From an uncultured bacterium (GTDB taxonomy: Bacteria > Chloroflexota > UBA5177 > JANWHV01), in NCBI GenBank assembly GCA_963827235.1, contig CAWHAE010000009.1:1-64000 (forward strand): a DNA stretch of 64,000 nt. Reading direction: 5' to 3'. The position numbers and the translations under genes were made by a program. Position 1 is the stretch's first letter, and each line of letters starts with the position of its first letter. The notes under the pieces are model-generated. The model searched no databases. It worked only from the letters and a program-made list of their open reading frames with translations, and was not told the DNA's origin. Below, one piece after another: positions 10,963 through 19,548 of the stretch.

Positions 10963-13365
10963 CTATCGGGCCTCGAGTCCGTCGCCTTCCAGACCGTCGC
11001 TCTGCCGCCAGTGGCCATCGCCGCCTCGGCGCAGGGTGAGCAACCCGTAGGGCGGCACGCTGAACCGATCGCCGGAGGCCGGCAGGGTGACAGTATCCGG
11101 GTGGCCCTCGTGCTCGAGCACGCGCAGCACCATGTCCTGCCCGTCTTCCGCCGCCTTCAACCAGACGGCGCTGCTGCTCGAAGCCTGCACGCCCAGCAGG
11201 CCGGCGCGGTGCGGGCCGCTTCCCTCGCGAGCGACGTGCGGAGTGGCAAGCGGCGGACAAAGGAGGTCGTCCGCCAGCTGCTGCGCCTGCCGCGCACGAA
11301 CGCCGGGACCGGCGAGCAACCGCACGACGAAGGTCTGCTCGCCCTGGTCGATGTACGGGTAGCGCCCATCCGGGTCGAGCTGCACGGGCCGGTGATGCGC
11401 GTAGACGGGTGAACGCACGGCCGTGATACAGAACATGCCGTCCCTGGCCGCGTAGGAATACTTGGCGTCGTTCGCCACGACGATACCGTAGCCGTCGGCG
11501 TCCGAGAGCAGCACCCAGCGTTGGCCGGGGTATTCGCGGCCGTCGGCGGACCGCTCCAGAGACCCGTAGGCGACTTCGTAGCGGTAGGACGGCGCCTGGA
11601 AGGCCAGCGGATAGCTCAGCCGCAGCAGCGTGTCCCGCTCGTGCCAGTCGACAGTGACGCGGATTTCCAGCGGCAGCGCCGGATCGGCATAGAGAAGGTA
11701 GGTGGTGATAATCGTGGAGCGGCCCGCTCGAGCATGAGTCTGGATCGCCGCCCGCACCGGGCCCTGTTCCAGCACCACGCAGCTCTCCATTGCCGCGGCT
11801 CGGCCCTCGAAGGCGAAGCCGACTTCCTCGTGACTCCAGGTATCCGATCGATCGTCGACCAGCAAAGCCTGGTTCGCCACGCCGGAGAAGAGCTCACGCC
11901 CGCTTCGCTTGTCGGTCAGCGAAGCGATACCGCCGCCGTCCGCGTCGACGACCAGCCGCCACGCATCGCTCTCCAGGCAATCCGAGCGCGCCTGCAGGCG
12001 CGAGGGGGCGTTCGGCGACGGCCCGGCCACCAGGCGGTACAGCCGGTAGCCGAAGGCCGGTACCTCGGGCGCGAAGAGTATGCGCGGCAGTGATCGATGC
12101 GTGAAGTTCTCCGGCGGCAGAAGCTGGTACGGCACCTCGGCTCCCTGGTCGTCCAGCAACCGGTACGTGGTCGGCTCCCAGCCGGTCCACGGCTCGTACT
12201 CGAGCGCCGCGTGCTGTCCGGCACCCGTCAGGTTGAAGACCAGGAAGGGCGCTTCCGCGTGGGAGGGGGCCGGTCCGACGGACGCGGCGAGCCGGCGCAC
12301 CGCCGCCGTCACTAGCTGCTCCGCCTCCTGGATCACGCCGCCCAGTGCCTGTTCGGCATCACGCGTGGCGCTGGGCACGGCGGTGCCGCACAGTATGTCG
12401 TGGAATTGGTTGAACAGCAAGGTCTGCCAGAGCTGCCGGAGCCGCGGATGCGGATACTCTGCCCCGGTATGGAGCAACGCCAGGGCGCTTGCCGACTCTG
12501 CTTGGGCGAGAGCCGCCTCCGCACGGCGGTTCAGCGCCTTGAGCGAGGAGACGACGGAGTAGCAGCCGACGGCGTGCATCTGCAGCTCGGACCGCACCGC
12601 GGGGCGGGGTAGCGCCGCGACCTCGGCGAAATAGCGCGCCGGGTCGCTGAATACCGCGTCGCCTCCGGCGGCCTGGAAGCGGGCGATCGCTTCCAGATCG
12701 CGGCGGGTCGGCCCACCTCCGTGATTGCCCACCCCATAGAAGCACATGAGCGGGATGCCCTCGTCCCTGGCCTGGTCCCGAACTTGCTCCAGCTTGCTCT
12801 CGACCGGCGGTCCCGGCGTGGACGTATCGTAGGTGATCGGAATGCGAAAGGCGCGCACGGCGGATCCGTCGGGAGCCACCCAGTCGAAAAGCGACGACGG
12901 CAGCGCGTGCTCATGCTCCTTGGGCCGCATGAAGACGTAGTGCGTGAAGCCGGTGTGGCGCAGCAGCATGGGCAGGGTCGCCACATGGCCGAAGGAGTCG
13001 ACGTTGTAGCCGACAGTGACCTCTATGCCGAAGCGCTCGCGGAAGTAGCGCCTGCCGTAGAGGGCCTGCCTGACAAACGCTTCGCCGGCAGGCAGATTGC
13101 AGTCCGGCTGCAGCCACCAGCCGTTGACGATGGCCCAGCGTCCGGCACGCACGAGATCCTGAATCCGCGCGAAGAGCGCCGGATCCAGGTCTTCGATCCA
13201 GCTGTAGACGACCGCCTCACCGCGCGTGAAGATCATGCCGGGGTACTCGGACAGCAGCTCTACCGCCGCCCAGCAGGTACCGATGGCCTCGGCGCAGCCT
13301 TCGGGCCAGCGCCAGAGCCAAACAGGGTCCAGGTGCGCGTTGCCAATCAGGTGCAGTCGTGACAT
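10963..13365 (-). CDS. Alpha-mannosidase (GH38)
   Basis: IGNAHLDPVWLW, YNVDSFGH, YGVGNHGGGP, NQFHDILCG. Confidence 0.93.
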   Translation of the reverse strand: MSRLHLIGNAHLDPVWLWRWPEGCAEAIGTCWAAVELLSEYPGMIFTRGEAVVYSWIEDLDPALFARIQDLVRAGRWAIVNGWWLQPDCNLPAGEAFVRQALYGRRYFRERFGIEVTVGYNVDSFGHVATLPMLLRHTGFTHYVFMRPKEHEHALPSSLFDWVAPDGSAVRAFRIPITYDTSTPGPPVESKLEQVRDQARDEGIPLMCFYGVGNHGGGPTRRDLEAIARFQAAGGDAVFSDPARYFAEVAALPRPAVRSELQMHAVGCYSVVSSLKALNRRAEAALAQAESASALALLHTGAEYPHPRLRQLWQTLLFNQFHDILCGTAVPSATRDAEQALGGVIQEAEQLVTAAVRRLAASVGPAPSHAEAPFLVFNLTGAGQHAALEYEPWTGWEPTTYRLLDDQGAEVPYQLLPPENFTHRSLPRILFAPEVPAFGYRLYRLVAGPSPNAPSRLQARSDCLESDAWRLVVDADGGGIASLTDKRSGRELFSGVANQALLVDDRSDTWSHEEVGFAFEGRAAAMESCVVLEQGPVRAAIQTHARAGRSTIITTYLLYADPALPLEIRVTVDWHERDTLLRLSYPLAFQAPSYRYEVAYGSLERSADGREYPGQRWVLLSDADGYGIVVANDAKYSYAARDGMFCITAVRSPVYAHHRPVQLDPDGRYPYIDQGEQTFVVRLLAGPGVRARQAQQLADDLLCPPLATPHVAREGSGPHRAGLLGVQASSSSAVWLKAAEDGQDMVLRVLEHEGHPDTVTLPASGDRFSVPPYGLLTLRRGGDGHWRQSDGLEGDGLEAR

Positions 13366-13418
13366 TGCACCGGCAAGTCTAGGCCCGTTCGCCTCCGCGT
13401 GTCAAGGCAGATCGGTTC

Positions 13419-13446
13419 TTGACGGACGCAAGGCCACTGGTATACT
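13419..13446 (+). promoter_or_regulatory. Sigma70-type promoter with extended -10
   Basis: TTGACG (13419-24), 16 nt spacer, TG-n-TATACT (13441-46), upstream of the SBP / aminotransferase / GH78 / URO-D run. Confidence 0.6.
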
Positions 13447-13462
13447 AGGTCCTATCATCTAA

Positions 13463-14617
13463 GAGCGCGGAGGAACGGGAAGTGCCCCAGGGAGCGTTGC
13501 CGCCCCCGATCCCTATACCCTGCAGATCACCACGGACGCGCCACGGCCCTACTTCCCGGACACCACGACCTATGACTGGGCCGAGCCCGAGCACGTGGTG
13601 AGCAAGTACGGCAATACCTGGGCGACCAGCCTGACCCACATGGTGTTGAGCGGGCCGTATATTGCTTCCAGCTGGCAGAAGGGCGCGTCCATCACCTTCA
13701 CGCCCAACCCGAGCTATCATGGCGTGCGCAAGGCGCCCTGGGCCCAGATCGTGTGGGCCATCCCATCCGCGGACGTCATGGCCCAGTTCCAGACCGGGCA
13801 GATCGACACTACCTGGTATCTGAATCCCGGTGAGCTGCAGGTTGCCCTGCACACCATGCCCAAGGAAGCCGTCACCGTTCCCGCTTTCGATATCTGGTAC
13901 CTCACCTACAACACCTTCACTCAGCCCTTCAACGACCTGAAGGTCCGGCAGGCGTTCAACCTGGCCGTCGATCGCCAGACGTTGGCCAAGCACGTGCTCA
14001 AGAACATCGCCGTACCGGATTACAGCCTGCTCATGCCCGGCTTTCCCGGCTACGACGCCTCGATCAAGGTGCCGTACGACGTGACACAGGCGCAGAAGCT
14101 GCTGGCCCAGGCCGGCTACCCGGGCGGCAAGGGCTTCCCGTCCATCGACATCTGGGTCCGCACTAGCCCCAACGAGATCGCCTGGACGAAGCTGGCAGCC
14201 GAGTACATCCAATCTGAGCTCAGGAGCAATCTCGGCGTGAGCGTCGGCGTCAAAGTGAGGGACCAGAAACTGGTCACCGAAGCCCTCAACAAGCACACGC
14301 AGCCGTTGGTCCTGATCGGCTACAACTTCGACTACGTCGATCCCGGCGACTACATGGACCTGTTCATTACCGGCGGCCGGCACGCCTGGTCCTACGCCCC
14401 GTACGACCAGACGGTGAAGGCAGCCGATAGCTCGTTCGATTCGGCCACGCGCACGAAGCTGTACGAGAAGGCGCAGCAGATCCTGGCCGACCAGGTGCCT
14501 GCATCCTTCTTGTTCGTGCCCGTCTACAACAGTCTCTGGAACCCGAAGGTGGCCAACCCACCGAAGTTCCCGTTGTTGACGGATGACTGGATGTTCAACG
14601 CGTATCTGAAGAAGTAG
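13463..14617 (+). pseudogene. N-terminally truncated peptide/nickel ABC substrate-binding protein (family 5)
   Basis: VAAPDPYTLQIT, SGPY, PFNDLKVRQAFNLAVDR, AQKLLAQAGY. An in-frame TAA at 13460 leaves no signal peptide or N-terminal third, and no permeases lie nearby. Confidence 0.75.
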
Positions 14618-14638
14618 GATTAGCGAGTGGAGGACAGG

Positions 14639-15835
14639 ATGCTCGGCACCGAGGAACGGGACCTGGTTGCCACGGCGCGACGGGCCTTTCCCGGGCTTGA
14701 CGCCATGACTTATCTCAATACGGCCACGCACGGATTGACCCCACAGCCCGTGTTGGATCGCTACGTGGAGATGGTTTCGCTGACGGCCCGTTATGGCCAT
14801 GCGCGCTACGAGACCGAAGACCTGCCCGCCTACCGGCGGGCGCGATCGGCGGTCGCCCGTATCCTCGACGTGCCTCCCGCCTGGGTCGCCTTTGGCCGCA
14901 ACGCCACCGACGGCATCAACGCCGTCTTCGGCAGCCTGGCCTGGCAACCCGGCGACGAAGTGGTCATCTCGGACCAGGAGCATCCTGCCGTCTCTCATCC
15001 CTGGCTCTACGGTGAGCGGCGAGGTCTGTTCGCAACCAAGACCTTCGCCGTGGACCCGGATCCCGTCGTGACTCTGCACAACCTCGAGGCCCACATCACC
15101 GGCAACACTCGTCTCGTCGCTTTCAGCCACGTCAGCTCGCAGACGGGCATCCGGCTCCCCGCCGCGGCCATCTGCGAGATGGTGGAACGCCTCAACGCGG
15201 CCGGCCGGAGGCGTGCCATACTCACGCTCGTCGACGGCACGCAGGAGCTGGGCCAGTGGCGGGTCTCCGTTCCCACCATCGGCTGCGACTTCTATGTCAG
15301 CAATGGACACAAGTGGCTGGGCGGACCGAAAGGCTCCGGCGTGCTGGCAGTGCGCGAGCAAGCTGTGGGACTGCTCCGGCCACCCTACGTGGCCGGCGGC
15401 ATAGAAGATGCCGGCGACGCGATAGAAGACATGATGAGCCCCCGCGACGCACCCCATCTCTTCGAAAACGGCACCCAGAACCTCGCCGTGGTGTCCGTCC
15501 TGGCAGATGCCGTTTCCTGGCTCGACGACCTGGGCTGGTCCTGGATCGAGCAGCGCGAACAGGCCCTGGCAACCTACCTCAGGCAACGCTTGCGAAGCGT
15601 GCCCGGCATCACGGTGCTCACGCCCGACACCTGGGAGCATTCCTCGGCGATCACATCGTTCTGCTGGGAGGGCGTCGACGCCGAGCGGCTGCGTGACGAG
15701 CTCTGGCAGCAGCGTATCATCACGCGCCTGGTACCCGAGCTCAACGCCATCCGCATCTCCACCCCCTACTTCATCTCCGAGCAGGAGGTGGACCGGCTGA
15801 TGGACGCTCTCGTGTCGCGCGCGGACGGCAGGTAA
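14639..15835 (+). CDS. Class V PLP-dependent enzyme (cysteine desulfurase / EgtE / CefD-like)
   Basis: YLNTATHG, NATDGIN, DQEHP, LVDGTQ, SNGHKWLGGPKG (PLP lysine). Confidence 0.88.
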   Translation: MLGTEERDLVATARRAFPGLDAMTYLNTATHGLTPQPVLDRYVEMVSLTARYGHARYETEDLPAYRRARSAVARILDVPPAWVAFGRNATDGINAVFGSLAWQPGDEVVISDQEHPAVSHPWLYGERRGLFATKTFAVDPDPVVTLHNLEAHITGNTRLVAFSHVSSQTGIRLPAAAICEMVERLNAAGRRRAILTLVDGTQELGQWRVSVPTIGCDFYVSNGHKWLGGPKGSGVLAVREQAVGLLRPPYVAGGIEDAGDAIEDMMSPRDAPHLFENGTQNLAVVSVLADAVSWLDDLGWSWIEQREQALATYLRQRLRSVPGITVLTPDTWEHSSAITSFCWEGVDAERLRDELWQQRIITRLVPELNAIRISTPYFISEQEVDRLMDALVSRADGR

Positions 15836-15839
15836 GGCC

Positions 15840-18161
15840 ATGACCGATGGCGCCGCCTCGCCGCAACGCTCACTGCCGCGCCGGATCTGGTGGCCCTGGG
15901 ACCAAGCGAAGCAGCGCGTCGGCTTTGCGCGCGACTTCAGCGCGGGCGAGCCGGCGGCCGCCATGCTCTACGTGGCGGCAAGCGGCCCATACCGGGGCTG
16001 GCTGGACGGCAGATTGCTGGACGTCCCCGACCTTCCCTACCCTTCGTGGCGCGTCATGCATCGCATTGCCGTCAGCCTGACCAAGGGCACGCACGCGCTG
16101 CGCATCGAGGCGGTCCCAGGCGATCACGGGCAGCCGTTCCTGCTCGCCTGCCTGGACTGGGAGGAGAACGGCGTTCCGTTCCGCGCCGGCACCGATGCCG
16201 AGTGGGCGATGCTCGCCGATCCACCTACCGGTTGGCAGGATACCTCGCCCGGCGCGGCATGGCGCCTGGCCTGGGCGTTCGACGGCGTGTGGGCTGAGCC
16301 CTGGGCGATGCCCTGCAACGCGCCGGACGACTTCTGCCGCCTGTCGCACGGCTGGCAGACCTTCACCACCGAGCGGCTGCGCTGCGCCGTCGACCTGTTT
16401 CAGGGGTTGACGACCGCGGGCGCCGGCGCGGTTCTCGAAGCCGACGGCTCGCTGCGACTGCGTCCGGCATGGCCGCACGCCGCGGGAGCTCCCCGCATGG
16501 AAAACACGCGGGCCTACTACCTCTGGGAATACGTCCATGAGGCGCAGGCTCTGGCCCTGAACACCTGGCTCGAGCTGTTCGCGCAGCGGGCGCCGTACGC
16601 CGTCCTGGACGCCGGCGATGAGACCTTCGCCCGCGTGCGCGTCACGCTGCGCAGCGGCGGGCCCGCTGTACTGGCCGTCTCCACGGGCGAATCCCTTCCC
16701 GAAGTACACGTGCATGCCAAGCGCCTCACCGACGTCTTCACGCTGCAAGATGGTGAGACCTTCGTCACCACGCCGGCCGGCTTCCGTTACGTCAAGCTGG
16801 TCGCTCTCGGCAGCGGCGGCGAGGAGGCCGTCGTGGCGCCGATCGAGCTGCAGCATATCCGCCATCCGGCCGAGCAGGTTGGCCGCTTCAGCTGCGATGA
16901 CGACGTGATCACGCAGGTGTGGGCGCTCTCGGCACGCACCCTGCATCTGTGCATGCAGAACGAAGTGTGGGACGGCATCAAGCGCGATCAACGCCCCTGG
17001 ATGGGCGACCTCTATACCGAGGCTCTGGTGGCCTATCATCTGTTCGCCGATACCCGCCTGGTTCGCCACACCCTGGCCGTGCTGGCCGAGCTTGGCCCGG
17101 CGCCCGTGAGGCCTCTCGAGCAGCAAAGATATCCCGGCCTGTGCGCCGCCTGGAAGACCTCCACGGGCGACATCAACGACATCCCATCCTATACCCTCTG
17201 GTGGGTAGTCGGCTTGGCCGACTACCTGCGCTACACCGGCGACCAGTCGCTGATCGACGAAGCGGCAGTCGCCGTCGAGGCGGCCCTACGCCACGTCGCG
17301 GACTGGGTCGGCGACGACGGCATCTGGCGCTTCCAGAGCGGTTGGGACTACGTCGACTGGGCACCGCTCTCGGCCGCCGAGCGGGCGATCTTCTGCCATC
17401 TGCTTGCCTGCCAGGCGCTCGAGCTGGGCATCGATCTGCTGGAAGGCTCAGGGAGAGCGGCCGGCGACTTCCGCGGCCTGCACGACCGCATGGTGGCCGC
17501 CGGCCGGGCTGCCTGGTGGCGTGACGGCGACAGCGCGCTGGGCACCGCGCACCACCTGCAGGCCATGGCCATTCGCAGCGGCATGCTCTCGGCCGACGAG
17601 TCGGCGCTGCTCTTCACTCGTGCCCTGGCCGGCGATCCGCCCATGAGCATGACCTACTGGCATCGCTACGCCGATCTGGACGCGGCGCGAATCGTGGGCC
17701 GGGTGCCGTGGGGGCTGCGGTATATCCGCAAACACTGGGGCCAGGCGCTGCAGATCGGCATGACCACGCTGTGGGAGGCCTTCGACCAGGCGTGGATGGG
17801 AGACGATCCGCACGGAGTCTCGATGATCGGCGCCGAATTCGCGCGCTACGGCGGCTACCTCACCTCGCTCTGTCACGGTTGGTCGGCCGGGCCGGCCGCC
17901 TGGCTGCACGAGGCAGTTCTGGGCGTACGCCCGGCTATGCCCGGATTCGCCGCCGTGGATTTCGTGCCCGATCTGGGCGACCTGCAGTGGGCGGAAGGAG
18001 CCATCCCTACGCCGCGCGGCGCGATCGAGGTAACCCTGCGTCGAGCCGAGGGCAAACGTCCCTCGGCCGTGCTCAAGGTACCGCCCGGGATCGCGCTGCG
18101 CATCCCGGACCGGGCGCAGGACGAGTGGGAGCTGGCGATCGATCAGGGCAAGGCGGTGTAG
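15840..18161 (+). CDS. Alpha-L-rhamnosidase-like protein (GH78)
   Basis: WDGIKRDQRPWMGD, YVDW, GMTTLWE, SLCHGWSAGP, IPTPRG. Confidence 0.88.
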   Translation: MTDGAASPQRSLPRRIWWPWDQAKQRVGFARDFSAGEPAAAMLYVAASGPYRGWLDGRLLDVPDLPYPSWRVMHRIAVSLTKGTHALRIEAVPGDHGQPFLLACLDWEENGVPFRAGTDAEWAMLADPPTGWQDTSPGAAWRLAWAFDGVWAEPWAMPCNAPDDFCRLSHGWQTFTTERLRCAVDLFQGLTTAGAGAVLEADGSLRLRPAWPHAAGAPRMENTRAYYLWEYVHEAQALALNTWLELFAQRAPYAVLDAGDETFARVRVTLRSGGPAVLAVSTGESLPEVHVHAKRLTDVFTLQDGETFVTTPAGFRYVKLVALGSGGEEAVVAPIELQHIRHPAEQVGRFSCDDDVITQVWALSARTLHLCMQNEVWDGIKRDQRPWMGDLYTEALVAYHLFADTRLVRHTLAVLAELGPAPVRPLEQQRYPGLCAAWKTSTGDINDIPSYTLWWVVGLADYLRYTGDQSLIDEAAVAVEAALRHVADWVGDDGIWRFQSGWDYVDWAPLSAAERAIFCHLLACQALELGIDLLEGSGRAAGDFRGLHDRMVAAGRAAWWRDGDSALGTAHHLQAMAIRSGMLSADESALLFTRALAGDPPMSMTYWHRYADLDAARIVGRVPWGLRYIRKHWGQALQIGMTTLWEAFDQAWMGDDPHGVSMIGAEFARYGGYLTSLCHGWSAGPAAWLHEAVLGVRPAMPGFAAVDFVPDLGDLQWAEGAIPTPRGAIEVTLRRAEGKRPSAVLKVPPGIALRIPDRAQDEWELAIDQGKAV

Positions 18162-18232
18162 CGTCCACCGGACGTGAAGAAGTTGCTGCCGTGACCATCA
18201 AGAGGTCAGGCCGCTGGTAGTGGGAGCGCATC

Positions 18233-19408
18233 GTGGAGAGTTCGCGCGCCGTCGTCGACAGTCTGCTGCGAGGCAAGAAGGCCGAGCGGGTTGGGCTGGT
18301 GGACAGCCCCTGGCCCGAGACGCTCGTGGCCTGGGTCGAACAAGGGTATCCGATGCGGACCGTGCAGAAGGAAGTCGGCGAGCACTATTGGCGGCGTGAA
18401 GACGGCCGCTGGGAAGAGGTCGAGCAAGCCGGCGAGTACGAAGAGCCGGAGCCCATCTGGAAGCACTTTGACTATGACATGGTGGACGTAGGCGGCTTCT
18501 TCGATTGGCACCCCCTGCGCGACTACGACGAGCTGGTGGAAGATCAGGGCGACTGGGAGATCCGGCGCAACGGCTCCGGCGCCTCGCTCAAGTTCTGGAA
18601 ACACCGCTCCGGCACGCCCGAACACATCGCCTTTCGCATGGCGACGCGTGAGATCTGGGAACGGGACTATCGCCCCCACCTGGCCGAGTTCGACGTCAGG
18701 CGTCTGGGCAGCCTCGTGGAGATGGGCAAGAAGCTGGCCGAGGCGCGGGCGGCCGACAAATGGACGCACTATGGGCACCAGTTCGTATGGGAGAACATGC
18801 GACAGAGTCTGGGCGACGTGACGCTGTACGAAAGCCTGCTTCTGGACCCTGCCTGGATCCACGACTACTGCCGGACCTACACCGGCATGTATAAGCGCTA
18901 CTTCGCCTACATGATCGAGCAGGTGGGCAGGCCGGACGGCATCTGGCTGTACGAAGATCTGGGCTACAAGAACGGCCTGTTCGCTTCCCCCAAGGTGCTG
19001 CGCGAGCTGATCTTTCCCTACTTCACCGAGATGGTCGAGTTCTTCCACGGCTACGACCTGCCGGTAGTGCTGCACAGTTGCGGCAGCACGGCGCGGGCCC
19101 TGCCGATGATCGTGGAAGCCGGCTTCGATGCCCTGAACCCCATGGAGCACAAGGCGAAAGACAACGATCCCTTCCTCTTCGCCGAGCAGTACGGCGACAG
19201 ACTGGCCTTCGTGGGCGGCTTCGACGCGCGCCTGTTCGAGACGAACGATCGGGCGCTCATCCGGCGCGAGATGACGAGCTACATCGACGGCATGAAGGCA
19301 CGGGGAGCGCGATTGGTCTTTGCCACGGACCACTCCATCTCGCCCATCGTACGCTACGACACCTACCGGTTCGCGGTGGACGTGTACCGCGAGCACATGA
19401 CTTACTGA
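18233..19408 (+). CDS. URO-D / MT2 fold protein #2
   Basis: YEDLGYKNGLFASP, VLHSCG, FVGGFD, FATDHSI. Confidence 0.85.
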   Translation: MESSRAVVDSLLRGKKAERVGLVDSPWPETLVAWVEQGYPMRTVQKEVGEHYWRREDGRWEEVEQAGEYEEPEPIWKHFDYDMVDVGGFFDWHPLRDYDELVEDQGDWEIRRNGSGASLKFWKHRSGTPEHIAFRMATREIWERDYRPHLAEFDVRRLGSLVEMGKKLAEARAADKWTHYGHQFVWENMRQSLGDVTLYESLLLDPAWIHDYCRTYTGMYKRYFAYMIEQVGRPDGIWLYEDLGYKNGLFASPKVLRELIFPYFTEMVEFFHGYDLPVVLHSCGSTARALPMIVEAGFDALNPMEHKAKDNDPFLFAEQYGDRLAFVGGFDARLFETNDRALIRREMTSYIDGMKARGARLVFATDHSISPIVRYDTYRFAVDVYREHMTY

Positions 19409-19489
19409 GAAGTCCGGCTCATCGGCTCTGGAGGCAAGCCACGGCGGGAACTGCATTGGCGCCCACGCGCAGCGAAGCCGCACCCGATG

Positions 19490-19506
19490 CCCCAGGCTTC
19501 CTGGGG
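19490..19506. terminator. Hairpin between convergent genes
   Basis: CCCCAGG-CTT-CCTGGGG; no U tract. Confidence 0.3.
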
Positions 19507-19548
19507 AGCCTCCGGGGACCCGCTTGCGGGTGCCGCCAAGCGCGGAGT

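Noticed and set aside
13445-15964. 839-aa minus-strand ORF and similar long antisense ORFs (e.g. 20533-22194, 54372-56030)
   Set aside because: They lie opposite well-supported genes and have no motifs; expected in high-GC DNA.
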